From the NCBI RefSeq assembly GCF_006345805.1, contig NC_042997.1, positions 7,688,001 through 7,752,000 of the forward strand: a DNA stretch of 64,000 nt, given 5' to 3'. Origin of the DNA: Octopus sinensis. Taxonomy: Eukaryota. Below are positions 27,882 to 40,800 of this stretch, one piece after another. The notes under the pieces are model-generated. The model worked only from the letters and a program-made list of their open reading frames with translations. It ran no database searches and was not told where the DNA came from. The translations under genes were made by a program, and so were the position numbers. Position 1 is the stretch's first letter, and each line of letters begins with the position of its first letter.

Positions 27882-27884
<3 letters not shown>

Positions 27885-28254
27885 AGCACTTAAAAGTGTA
27901 TGTTGTGTTAAATCACGGTACTCTACGAGAGATACCATGAGAGAACTTAATCTCTTATGTGGCTTTGCGGTGCATATATGCACCGTTTCTACGTTACTCA
28001 CCATATGCATTCACCACCGTCGCCGCTGCAAGGATTACGAGATCACGTAATTTTCGCCTTTCTTAGTATTGGCAATGGTACACGCCTGTTTGCTGGAAAT
28101 ATCAGCGACATACATAGAATCTCTGTGTCTAATCGCAATTAGCCACTAGTATTAACGTATATATATATATACAATTATTAACTTAATATGTAAATTGCTT
28201 ATGTCCATCCTGACTGCGTGATAATTATCATTAACGTGAATTTTATCCTCATTT

Positions 28255-28320
28255 GATGTATGTATGTGTGTGTATCTGTGTGTATGTATATATGTGAATG
28301 TATATCTATCTATCTATATA

Positions 28321-28389
<69 letters not shown>

Positions 28390-28395
28390 ATAAAC
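28255..28395. repeat. (TA)n(TG)n microsatellite
   Basis: Direct inspection. Confidence 0.9.
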
Positions 28396-29294
28396 ATATT
28401 TTATGTTTATATTTATATGAAAGAAGAAAAAGAAAATGGAGATTGAGAAGTTAATACTTGTTTATTTTTAACAGTAAATTAATCATCATCTCTTACAAAT
28501 GTTTCAATTAATACTCAATAAATATGAAGTAAATATAAAATTTATATGACATGTGCATAACATCTTCAGAGTGTAAAATACACCCTTGGAAGTTTTATAT
28601 GTGTTTATAGATTCATTATAGCAGACTGAATGATCATTGAATCTGCTATAGTGAATCCATAAACATATAATAAAACATTCGATGGTATATTCTTTTTCCT
28701 CCTGAAGATATTTTGCTCAGGTCATATATATTTGTTATTTATGTAATATTTACTGAGTAGTAATTGAAACAGTTGTAAGGGATATTGATTAATTTGCTGT
28801 TAACAATAAACAATTAACTTCCCAATCTCCGTTTCCTTTTTCTTTATATATGTGTGTTGTCTATTGTGTCTAAATAGGAGGCTACGTAAAGATCTGTCCT
28901 CTTGAAGTACATATTTTGAAATCAAGTGCTCCAAAATTGTATGTAAATGTTATAATTGACTGAGTTACTTGTAACAAGTGAAAAATGCTGGTAAATAACA
29001 TTGGCAGAAAAATTACATATAAAAACAAGAGACTGGAAAAAGTTAGGCCATTATTAATTCATCATTACACGTGTTTCGTATGCTAATAAGAGTTAAGTCT
29101 CGTACATGTTCAAAAAACGTGTACGGTATCTCGTTTTAGTAATTCTTGTGACAGAGAGTCATCTGCTTGAAGAATTTCTAATAGGAGATATCTTACATGT
29201 TTTTCCAAGATGTAAAATTTTATAAATCCTATTAACAAATGAAGGCCGTAAATAAATACCGAAATGTTGTTTAGCAAACACTTATTTTGATATA

Positions 29295-29520
29295 GGTATG
29301 TGTGTGTATATATATATGTGTGTGTATCTATTTATCTCTCTATCTATATTATCTGTATGTGTGTGTTTGTGTGTATAGATAGATAAACAGACAGTCACAC
29401 ACACACACACACACACACACGGGCAGATAGACAGACAAACATATAGATCGATGATAGATAGAAAAGTTAGATAGATAAAGTTAGATAGATAGATAGATAG
29501 ACAGACAGATAGATAGAATA
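29295..29520. repeat. (CA)n/(GATA)n compound microsatellite
   Basis: Direct inspection. Confidence 0.9.
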
Positions 29521-31849
29521 AGGACAAGAATGTTTTTTATGGCATTAAAGTGTTTATAAAAAAATTAAATATATGTGAATATAAATGACATTAAACTCCA
29601 AGAAGGAAGATGTTCCCGTCACGAAAATAGTAGTAGTAGGAGAATTCACGTTTAATTGCAATTATGTTTAAATATTTATAATTTACTTATAATTACTTTT
29701 GTCATAACCATTGCTTGACTATTTGCCCAAGTCTATGCGGGTGTCTATCTGTAATTACACAAAAATACACAAACGCGCACACATATATGTATGTATGTAT
29801 GTATTGATGGACAACTGAAGCTACGTCAAATTCGATATGATATGGCTTCTTCCTCTATTAAATGTATTTTTGTAGAGTATATAGACGGCAAATGGGGATG
29901 TCTTCATTCAGAATTGGAGATGATCTCATGAAGGAAGAATTCTCCAAAGCTATTACGTAAAAGAATTCCTCAAAAGCCATTACATAAATTCACAGACATA
30001 TTGTCAAGACGTAAGAAGTCAATCGTGGATATCCATTTCTATTTCAATTTGCACCATAAGTACAAGTGTCCTGTGATATATAAAGCATTTAAGCGAATGT
30101 TGACATATTTAAAAAATGTAGAACACAATATATTCATTACATACATCCCTCAATAATTCAGAAATTAACGGAAAAACCAAAGAAATCACCTCAAATTTTA
30201 TTAACTTAGATTGCTTATATTTACTATCTGAAACTAGGAAAAAAATATTGTTAAAGATAACCAAATTTGAGACCAACAATCTTCGTTAGACATTGTGCTG
30301 TTTTGGGGATGCAAATTGTCCACTTCGTGCATGTAATTAATTGAAGAAAGACCACTAATTGACTCCGTTTTTAATATATATTTTAATAAACGAATTTCTT
30401 CTTGAACAGTATTCACTAGATTTCAACATATACATTCCACTCTCCAACAGAGGGTCATAAATAGACGCTAATTACTGAAAATATGTGCACTGGTTATTTT
30501 TTTTCTTTTTTTTATGTGATTGACACTGGTTCAAGAAAACATGATATCTATCGGAGATGCAGCTAAAGTTTGCAAGCAGCCCTAGGGGTATTCCGTTCGT
30601 GTGTCACTCCAGGGATCTTCCGAGAATAGAGATAATAGCTCTAGAATTTTTCTTAAACTGCTTGCTATATCACATCATGGTTATCTGATTCTCTGACAAA
30701 CATATATGTATATTAATTTCATTTTTGTTTTCTGGTCACAAAGAATGAATGTGTAATTAGTATCGATTGAAGAAATTGGATAGATTATAGTTAATAAATT
30801 ATATTTGGTATAGTCATTTCTGAAGCGTTAGAAATACAATTGCGAATAGAAGCAAAGCTATTGGAACGAAACTACACCCTCTGGTAAAGGAATCAGCTTT
30901 CTCTACAGATTAAGGCTCTTTACTTAACCATCACCAAGAAGCTTTCAGGCCAACTACTCTAGCTCTCTTTTATCCGACAGATTAATAAAACTGAGATTAA
31001 GACTGACTAGACATCGTAGTTTAACATTTGAGTCCTCTTTTGCCCGTGTGTGCATGACTTACTCCTATTATGACACAGCATGAAGTAAAACAAAACAGTT
31101 GTATGAGATCACCTCTCAGATATTTCTTGATCGGACAGAAAACAATGCATACATTGTTCTCGGTGACTGAAAATTGAAAGAGAAGTGTGATTATAGAACA
31201 TGAATTCTGTATATAATGTGTTCTAGTTATAAACAATTCCATCTTCTCGAAAAGTTGTTAGACAGTCCATATTGATACCTATCACCTAGAATTATTTGTG
31301 TTAGACACACGGCAAAATTGTATCAAATCGCTGGATGTCTGCAAGCTAAAACATTCTGAAATTTAATTAGCATTTGTGCAACTAGGATCATCACATTAGA
31401 AATGCTACCTAACATTGCACTTACTGTCATCTGATGTTTGCCGTGTACAGTTGTGTGAGGCGTTTTACAAAGCAGCAAGTGCGCCAATGGGATTTTTTCA
31501 GTATTTGGTTCTATGAGAATGCTGTAATACAAAACTATCACATGGGCATAGAACATCGAACTATTCCCACGAATTTACTGCTGACCCAAACACATGAATA
31601 TTTCGAGACAAAAATAATTGTAGCAGTAAATGATGAAGCAAGAAGGCAAACGGTTTTCAAGGGTTTTCAAGACGTTTGGCATATAAAATTATAGAGAAAA
31701 AAATACTGGATTGTTTATGCCCTGCAAAAGAAAACCGTATCGAAACTGAGAGAAAATAACAGAAGGTGCCAGTGACATAAAATCCCATTGAAAGGAGGAG
31801 GGATTGCTTCTAATTTTTAGAAAAACTCTTCTTCTGACAGAAAGCAAAT

Positions 31850-31895
31850 ACTAGTACTACCACCACTGTTGCTGCTGCTACTACTACTACTACTA

Positions 31896-31955
<60 letters not shown>

Positions 31956-31975
31956 TGCTACTTCTACTACTGTCA
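31850..31975. repeat. (CTA)n microsatellite
   Basis: Direct inspection. Confidence 0.95.
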
Positions 31976-31984
31976 CTGTCAGTT

Positions 31985-32180
31985 ATGACGACGAGGGTTC
32001 CAGTTGATCCGATAAACGGAACGGTCTGCTCATGAATTATGCTCAGCGCAAGAGGCTGAGCATTCCACAGACATGCGTACCATTAATGTAGGTTTGAATG
32101 AGTTTCAGCGTGACACAGAATGTGATATGGCGAGCACTTTGACATAGAGGCATTACTCATTTACTAATTTTCTCCAGTTA
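31985..32180 (-). mobile_element. SINE 3' fragment (family 3 type), next to the (TAG)n tail
   Basis: GAGGGTTCCAGTTGATCCGAT...GGCTGAGCATTCCACAGACA...TCAGCGTGACACAGA resembles a recurrent octopod SINE body (recalled, not verified here). Confidence 0.6.
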
Positions 32181-34200
32181 TATGGATTGATGCATTTAAT
32201 GTAGTTAGATTGTTGCTTATGAAGTAGTACAAAAGAATATTTTGCCTGGCAGAATTATCTTTTCAGTAGAGGTTTCGGTAATGAATTGTAATCCAAGATT
32301 AAAGGGTTCATACCATATGTGTATTCGTTTCTTATTACTGTATACTAATCATAATCCGAAGAGTTCAGAAAAACGTGTGTTTACAGTTATTTATATAATG
32401 TTTAGCAAGTGTTATAAATATATTTCAGTTAGAGTGTAAGCAGAAAGAATTACATAATTAAGCATAGGTTAAAAGAGAAAAACAAGATATATCAAAAATA
32501 GCAAGTATTGCTTTTTCAGGATTGAGGTAATTGTAGCCCTTTATTACAAGACAAAGTATTTCTTTTCGTTTGAAACTCATTTTCTCAACGATTTATAACA
32601 AATGAAAACGATAAGAAACAATCAATTGTTTGCTACAAATATATCCATGACATTTTTATTCATAACTATAAATATTTTAAACATCTGCTTAGATACATGT
32701 ATACAGAGGGTTTCGAAAGAAACAGAATTGGTGATTCTGTGGATGAGGTTAATTATTTAGGTGTTTAGCTAGTTTGTGAGAATAAAATATTTGTGGTTAG
32801 AATTTAGAATATAACCGATAAAAACAGTTTTCGAATTGCATCATTGCCATTGGCACTAATTAGATTTCCACTAGGAGTAATGTATAACATATATTTCATT
32901 CAATTTACTTGAAACGCTTGGAAGGAAGTGCGGTTTTTTATGTTATAATTTTAAATTTGTGTGCTTCGTTTCTAGAAGCTTATCACAATTTATGTTTGTG
33001 ATATCACGCTCCTACTTGAAAAAATAGTTATGTGTAGAGTTGATGAAACATGTTCTGTTACCGCTTCGCGTTTATTAACGCTGTTGACTGCCGCATTGTG
33101 GAATTCATAACAATATATATTACACAGCTGACAGTGTATGTATATGTTTGATATGCCTTTAGTGTTTTCTGTTTTGGTGACTCTAACTTGTCCCCTATTG
33201 AAATTCTAGTTCTTGTAGATTTTAAATTCTTTAGGGAATTCCTTTAATTTTAGTCTATCATAGATTATTAGATTGTTTGACTCTCTAGTGGCATTACCAA
33301 TTTTAGTAAGTGTAACACTAGTAAAACTTCTCTTGAGGGGGTCTCTAGTTAATGGAAGATACACAAACCTACCTATATTCTTATGAGTGGTGTGAGTGTG
33401 TCTGTACGTATGTACGCATGCGTATTTAAATTCAGATATATATATCAACACGCTTACACGCACAAACCCACGCATATTATACATGCAAACGGACATAAAG
33501 ACAATTGATTGGCATTTGTACTGAATATGTATGATTATGTAAAACTCTTTACATGTTCAACTTTCGGGCTAGGTGAATAATGTTATATGTAATGAATTTT
33601 GAAGTCAATTTTCTATAAATGCATATTCGTATTCCTTGAATAATTCATAAGAAAACGAAATATTTTCCAATATAGAATATTTCTTACATATATTTCCATA
33701 AATATGAACTAAACTCTAATTTAAGCTTTATCTTCTTATTTATTTTAGAGGAATTTATTCCATGATGATCGATTTCCTTTTCTTTTAAATTTTGTCAATG
33801 TGACTAAATGCCTTCAAATATTTCAAATATTATATATATATATATATATATGATTTCATTGGTTTACAAGCAATACAATTGAAGCAAGTCTGAATAGTTC
33901 TGTGTACGGAACGCGCATTACACCCTATGAAAATATTTTCTTCCTTAACTTCACCCCTTATAGGAACGCGGCCATTTGTTATACGCGTATCTCAAAGTAG
34001 TATTTTATATAATATGCATGTATGTTTTGATTACAGATATTACACTCATGCATATAGTTTTCACATTTAGTATTCCTTTTCATGAAAGCTGTTTAATAAC
34101 TTTGTGCATTGTAAGTTCAGAAGTAATTGATAATCACATAAATGATTTAATCTATTTGCTTTCACTCTCTCTAGAGCTAAATTGCCCGAACCAAATATAT

Positions 34201-34265
<65 letters not shown>

Positions 34266-34267
<2 letters not shown>

Positions 34268-34520
34268 GACGTCAAAAATACGTGAACAAAATGAAAAGCT
34301 AGAACATAAAAGACAACAAAAATATGGAAAACGAACTTCTTTTCCGGACAACGAAAGAAGCAAATAGAGATACGAGGAAGGCAAAATAGAGAACAATCCC
34401 TTCATCAGTTGTCCCCTGTTTTATCTACTCCGCGGTACGAAGGTTAGGTAAAACAGTCTTTCCCGCAAAACGTATTAATAAAACAGTCCTTCCCGGAAAT
34501 CAAATTAAATAAAATTTTAT
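34266..34520 (-). mobile_element. Unclassified repeat (same family as 25190-25570) with CUGAUGA half-core
   Basis: Minus strand: CTGTTTTA...TAAAACAG-GGGACAA-CTGATGAAGGGATTGTTC, then a T-rich tail like 25450-25560. Confidence 0.5.
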
Positions 34521-34919
34521 ATGTTACGAATTATTGTTATATATCGACATTGATACAAGATATCGGGGCATATATATATATGTAGGTATGTACATGTATG
34601 TATATATGCATATATATCATATATATGTATATAGATAGATAGATAGTATAGGACAATCAGTAAGATGTCATAATAGAACTCAGAGTTTCAAATGCCGGAG
34701 CTTCAAGGTAATTTTATTAGCTATTTGGAAGATAGACGCTATGAAAAACTGTTGAATAAAAGGGCAGGTACTCTAATAGGCATGAAAAATATATAAGATA
34801 TAAAATATTAAAAAATATTAAAAATTGTAAAACATACATGGAACAACGAACAACATTATCACACTACATAGAAGCCATCTGCGTTCGTAAAATCTACACA
34901 CGTACACACTCACACAGAC

Positions 34920-35060
<141 letters not shown>

Positions 35061-35124
35061 CACACATTTACATGCTCATATACACATCTCTATACACACA
35101 TGCGCATATTCCTATACATGTAAA

Positions 35125-35400
35125 ACTTGACGGATCTCTAGATTTAAAAATTAATATTTGCAAACCCTGTAGGAAGCCCAACGATAGACTTAGTTACATG
35201 AATGTAGGTTCCTGCCTCACCCCTCCATAATGTGCAAGAATTTAGTTAAGAACATTAGTAGGAGAATTTTTAGCCGCTCCCAATTTGCTTTTTTTATTAT
35301 TGTAAGCATACAAAATTCGTCCCAAATGCCATTACGGTATCCTTCCTGAATTTCTGCATTGTTGAAAGTAGCTATTTTATTTCATGTTCGTTTTCCCTAA
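35125..35400 (+). mobile_element. Penelope-like element RT C-terminal fragment
   Basis: LDLKINICKPCRKPNDRLSYMNVGS / IMCKNLVKNISRRIFSRS matches PLE RT YKPYRKPN...YIN..SNHP..IIKN...I.RR.S; frameshifted. Confidence 0.7.
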
Positions 35401-35619
35401 AGAACTTTAGGTCATCTATATATGAGACGATTTAATTTTCATCCATTTTTAAGGGGTACCCCGATGTAACTTTCCGTAGTATCTGAGTGAGAGATATCAT
35501 ACAGATCACAAACAACAAGGTAAAAGGCTATCTCCTTACAATATGCCTGTGTTGATGTTAACCTACGGCAAAAATTTCCACGTGAAGTGAAATTTGTTAA
35601 TACAGTTCTATATTTAAGA

Positions 35620-35900
35620 GATGAAAAATTATGTAGTTTTTTACATTATTTACATTATTTACGTTTCGTCTGATATAACCAGCCTTCATCAGTAGTGGGG
35701 GGAATTTCGAACCTGGGTTCTCATTCCTAAGGTATTTTACGATGTTGTTGTTTCTGCTGCTGTTGTTGTTGTTATTAATCAGGACACTGCCCGGAATCAA
35801 ACTCGGAATCTTGAGCTTAGTAGCCCGCGCTCTTAACCACTACGCCATATACCAGTAGGCAATTATGGACTGGATGTTTAGGGCTTACAAATCTAATATT
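35620..35900 (-). mobile_element. tRNA-headed, HHR-tailed repeat unit (left copy of inverted pair)
   Basis: Minus strand: TGGCGTAGTGG (A box)...CTACTAA...GAGTTTGATTCC (B box), (AAC)n, AAAATACCTTAGGAATGAGAACCCAGGTTCGAAATTCC, CTGATGA-A-GGCTG gttatat CAGAC-GAAAC-GTA. Confidence 0.85.
35658..35697 (-). ncRNA. Hammerhead core (3' stem I lost by deletion)
   Basis: CTGATGA A GGCTGGTTATATCAGAC GAAAC GTA on the minus strand. Confidence 0.6.
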
Positions 35901-36067
35901 TTCCACAAGGATGAAGTTAAAATAATAGACACAAAGCACCACTAGAACATACGAAAACCAAAAAAAAATCAGCGCATATTCTAGGACACAACAACCTCCT
36001 AAGCAGACCGAGTGCAGATATGAATAGCATTATTCATATTAAGGAACCGGTATTAAGGAAGGATAGT

Positions 36068-36420
36068 AAATATTAGACTTATAAACCCTAAATATGCATT
36101 CCATAATTGCCCACAGGCATATTGCGTAATGGTTAAGAGCTACTAACCCCAAGATTCCGAATTCAATTCCAGGCAGTGTGCTGAATAATAATGATGATGA
36201 TGGTGTGATGGTGATGATAATGATGATGATGATGATGATGATAACAACCACAACAACATTGAAAAATACCTTAGGAATGGGAACCCAAGTTTGAAATTTC
36301 CCCCAAGTCACTTGATGAAGGCTGGAGGTTATACCAGCCGAAACGTTGTCTTAACAACAAACAAGATGAATAAAAATATCCGTCAAATGTAAGTAATATA
36401 AATAATGTAAATAAATGTTA
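36068..36420 (+). mobile_element. tRNA-headed, HHR-tailed repeat unit (right copy of inverted pair)
   Basis: GGCATATTGCGTAATGGTTAAGAGCTACTAACCCCAAGATTCCGAATTCAATTCCAGGCAG, (GAT)n, AAAATACCTTAGGAATGGGAACCCAAG, then the HHR; homology to the left copy extends ~50 bp upstream of the tRNA head. Confidence 0.85.
36305..36355 (+). ncRNA. Minimal type I hammerhead ribozyme
   Basis: TTGATGA-A-GGCTGG aggttata CCAGCC-GAAAC-GTT: perfect 6-bp stem II, palindromic ACGT stem III; stem I imperfect. Confidence 0.7.
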
Positions 36421-36429
36421 AATCTGTTT

Positions 36430-36715
36430 TCCATTTTTTTATCGATCTCCAAATTAAATTTGATATTTTATGAGACTCCTGTACCAGCACAAGATGTTCA
36501 AAAATTCAGGAACGGTAGGGGTGGGACATATCATACGCCTACGTATAAACGATCTACACGAAGCCCAGGAAAGTAAGTCTTCTCTTGTAGTCGTTCAGTG
36601 CCATTCTGTCTGTCAGAAGTTGATCTTTTGTCACTCGGCTTTTCCTGCTGCATTCTTTCTGTTCCACTGGCAGTTTGTCATTCACTTCCATAAAGTTATA
36701 CACGTAATTAGATAT
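36430..36715 (-). mobile_element. R4/Dong-like RT N-terminal fragment
   Basis: ISNYVYNFMEVNDKLPVEQKECSRKSRVTKDQLLTDRMALNDYKRRLTFLGFV*IVYT*AYDM matches RT motif EQKG.R..SRG.KDQL..D...W.DY.KAYD. Confidence 0.85.
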
Positions 36716-36719
36716 TTTT

Positions 36720-37188
36720 TCTGGTTGATCGAAGACATTACTAGTATAATTGAGGAAATCTTGTATACGGAAATAAATGGATTCAGGAAAGTAGACAGAA
36801 ATTTGCTCAGGGTGTGGACGCTTAAGGCGAATCAAATACCGAAAAAAATTAAGAGAGATATATAATCAGAAGGAATCGATTGATTAAAGCCTGTATCATC
36901 TATATAGGAAATAAAGTAGGCCTCGAAGCAAACCGTAGAAAACGGAATAGAGGAAACGAACCTTGGTGGAAAAGAAGAATAAAGCAATCAATGAACGAAC
37001 TACGAAAACATATCGATATTTTGGAATGAAAGAAAAATAATGAAATCAAGAGGGAGGAGAAGTATCAGCAACAAGAGCGCAGATATAGGATACAGAAAAA
37101 AGTGTTGAATGTAGTTCTTCAAGGCCTGAAACAAAGATTCCAGGCTAAAGCGACAAAAATCAAGAGATATAACCAAGGAACCAAACGT
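36720..37188 (+). mobile_element. R4/Dong-like pre-RT ORF fragment (opposite strand to the adjacent RT piece)
   Basis: INGFRKVDRNLLRVWT...NRLIKAC...KVGL...EPWWKRRIKQSMNELRKHIDIL...LKQRFQAKATKIKRY, the PWWKRR...LKQR..AKA.KI.RY block upstream of R4-type RT. Confidence 0.75.
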
Positions 37189-37189
37189 T

Positions 37190-37235
37190 ATTATTATTAT
37201 CATCATCATCATTATAATCATCATCATCATCATCA

Positions 37236-37292
<57 letters not shown>
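37190..37292. repeat. (ATT)n/(CAT)n microsatellite, probable 3' tail of the adjacent RTE
   Basis: Direct inspection. Confidence 0.9.
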
Positions 37293-37820
37293 GATCATCC
37301 GCCCTTGTAGACGATGACCAAAAATATCACAGTGGCCGATAATTCCGATGCGTGCGCAGAAGGCGCTGCCGCAAGCAGGGCAGTAGTTGTCTGCTGGGAT
37401 TGAAGGCAAGGAACACCGTTCACGTTTCTCTTTTACCCTTTCAACCCTGCAGAGCGGTCTCTCACTTGCGTTTCCTAAAGGTCGGAGTTGATCTAAAAGC
37501 TTTTCATTGAGGCTTTGAGTGTATCCTTGAAGTGATTTTTGTGTGTGCTCTTGTCTTCTAACATTTCGCTGTAAAACAACGTCTTGGGGAAGCGTGTGTC
37601 GTATTTTCGAAGAAGCTGGCCTGCCGACTATCCTAAACATAGTGTAGATGTTTGGTAGATCAGCCCATGAGAGGAACTCAGTATCTCAGACGTTGACATG
37701 CAAGGGGATTTACAATAGATCTCCCAACCAGATTCATGTAGAAATAGTTTAGCTTTTTAATGTGGCTTTCGTAAACCGCCCATGCCTCGCAGGCGTACAA
37801 TAGTGTAAGCAGTATAACAT
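37293..37820 (-). mobile_element. RTE (BovB-like) LINE 3' end
   Basis: VILLTLLYACEAWAVY...RLPKTLFYSE...FKDTLKASMKSF...CPACGSAFCARIGIIGH (C-terminal CCHC-type zinc knuckle). Confidence 0.85.
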
Positions 37821-40800
37821 ACTCACACTCACACACATGCGTATATCTATATTTATAAATGTGTGTGAGTGCGTGCGTTGAGGTGTGTGTACCTATGTAT
37901 ATATGCTACAACTCCTCCATATATTTCTAACTAGCTAATATTTAACAGAGTTGTTTCAATAGTATTAAGTTCAGTAGCTAATAGCTTGATAAAATATGAA
38001 ATTTCATTTACATCCAATTAAATATAAACCAATAAATAGCTAAAAGTATGCTGGCCTTCAAGCTAAATTAAAAACGAATATCAGGTGGTTCTTTTGCAGA
38101 ATCATTAGTCCTTTAGACAAATGCATTATTTCTCTCCCTTCTTATAAAATACAGTATCACGGCCACATGTCGCCAATAAAATCATTTATTAATCTTTTAA
38201 TTTAATTTTGTTTTTAATTTCGGTCTGTTTCTTTCAGCTCTTTCGTATCGAGGATTATTATGAAACATAATTACATAGTGCAAGATTAGGTTTTTTTTTT
38301 TCTATTTTCTATTTTTTTCTAATACTCAACTTCTAAAGAGAGAAGTAAGTATTTAATTGTTTGCAGTAATTCTTTCCCTGGTTGGCAAAAAAAAAAAGAA
38401 AGAATTAAATTTTCTGACAAAAAATAGTTTTCTACTTTTCGTAAACAAAGTAGCTATAATGAAAATGTTCGAATGAAAATAAACGAGATTTTACAGACAG
38501 TAGACAGAAAAAAGATACAAAATAAATTCTATACCTGAGCACATCATATTTATTTCATAAGAAAGAAATAATGATTTTCTGTCATATACCAACCTTTTTA
38601 GCAATTCAACGACTTGACGAAAAATAGTAACAAATACGGTGGCAATAAAATATACACGCGTATTTCAACAAGCAGGATAATGAAGAGTAAAATCACACAA
38701 CGAATGACTTTTCAGTCATCCTTTTCTCTTGAGATCTACCTGAAAAAAATTGAAATGGGTCCATATATTCCGTAGGGCCCACTATTTACAGGAAAAAATC
38801 TCTTTCTGTAAGAATGTTGTCAAGAGAGGCCTTATTGAATATCAGAAACGTCGCAAATCACACGTTCCATTATATTCCGATAGAAACACGCGCTACGCTA
38901 ACCCATCGGTTACATGCTGTAACAGATCTATATATTTGGGACGGCACAAAGGACATTAATGAGGGCATTGATTTTTTGTTTCTCTTTCACCTTATTTTAC
39001 CTGCTGTTTCACTCATTGGCGGTACATACCAACGTAGTCAAAAACTACTCATCAAAAGGTGTATAAATATATGCACATCATAATGATGCCTAATACAAGA
39101 ACATTGTAAAGAAATTTAAATGTGTTCGATACAGGAAAAAAAAACTATTTTCACCAAGGATGTAGCATTCGTGGCTTTTCTTTCTTGAGATATTAGAAAT
39201 TTATGGAGTCGCAAGTTACAACACATAGACAATGCAACACATTACATACCGGGGACGGGTCAATCGTTTACTCGTCTTCTTTTTAATGGTGCGGTATTTG
39301 AAGCTGATAAGTGCCAAACGCTAACGTTGTTTTCCACAGGTTAATGGCTACGGATTATGGTAAATTATGAGCATATATTTAACTCCAGCGTAAGCATTCG
39401 ATGACGTGTGATTTTTCTGGATTTGCAATGGATATTTTGAATTAGCTCGGTGTAGACATTTGTTTCCACATTGCGTCGTGGTGTACAGCAGCCTGATATT
39501 GTTGTCCCTTGTTCCAAATACTATCTGACTAAAATATAGCACGTGCCCCTCCGCTGGCTGCAGAAGGGACAACTCCCATATCTCAGACGGTATTTCTGTG
39601 ACCAGTAAGTTTCGGCAATGAAAAAACTCGCGATGTGTATGACTATGACCTGCTGCTCTATGAAAGTGGTTTATCTGAATATTTTAGGAAACAACGGTGT
39701 CAATAATGAAGTACATTCGAAACCTTTTCGGCAGCTCTTCTCTTTTTTTTTTCTTACGTATAATTCTTCCTTCATGAAATCTTGTTGGACGCTTACTTCA
39801 ATTTCTGAGCTGGAGAATGTGATCGGTGGGGAGTTACTCATCATATTCTACTGAGATATAGTAGAAGGTATAACAATAGTGGATGGAAGCTGTTGTCGAC
39901 CTCTATGAGGGCCGATTTTGCCAAAGCAGTTTCATATTTTCAAATATCTAAAGTGTACTTTCTTTGGTTGCTATTTCAATCTGGTCAAGAAGCCATCTAC
40001 TAACATTGTCACTGTTGAGTAGCATAATCTGTTTGCATACATGTCAAAAAGCCTGTGTATATTTGAACTAATCACAAGCATCAAAATCAATAAATATATC
40101 CGTGGAAAAGTTTTATAGCAGTAATATCGATAATGACTAGGTTGATCATTAGGAGCATGCACATTTCATTATGTTGCATGTGATAGCAATGATGAAGTAG
40201 ATGTAATGATGAAGTATACACTTACGAGCTTGATGATGACGATAGCTGTAATTTTGTTGCCATTGCAGAAGTTACTAATGATGATTGTCACAATTTTGGA
40301 AGTTTGATCGTTAATGCTGGAATAAAAAGGCTTGCGGATATTTTGTGTTCATATGGCCATTGTAATAAGTTGCTATGTGAAAAAAATTAACCAACAATTA
40401 GGAGATACACCTAAATATTTATCAATGATTGCAATAGCACATGTTCATTAGACATCCCCGACAAAATTATTCTCAAAGAAACGTTAAATGAGCATGCAGA
40501 AATTCAACAAAATATTTCTAATTCAATACAGAGAAGTATATCAAACTTTCACAATGTTACTATGGGAGTGAATACTATAATAGTTAATGAAACATGATGC
40601 AGCTTTCCCGTGTTCAAATTAAACTAGGTAAGTCTTCGAAGAATCAAATATTACATATAGTATGCATTAAAGAATAGCATACACTCCTATAGCAAAATCA
40701 CAATATAAGTAACTAAAGAGACCATGGGATTATGGAAAGCGTAAACAATTCACGCAGTCATATAAGTAACAAGTATATATATCAATAAGAAATAATTCAG

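Noticed and set aside
27960-28140. Palindrome GCGGTGCATATATGCACCG with a degenerate HHR or Helitron-like 3' CTAG
   Set aside because: Neither interpretation has enough matching positions.
35783-35852. tRNA gene interpretation of the tRNA-like heads (also 36116, 15511, 63125)
   Set aside because: Acceptor stems are absent or decayed and each head is fused to repeat bodies, so these are SINE heads, not tRNA genes.
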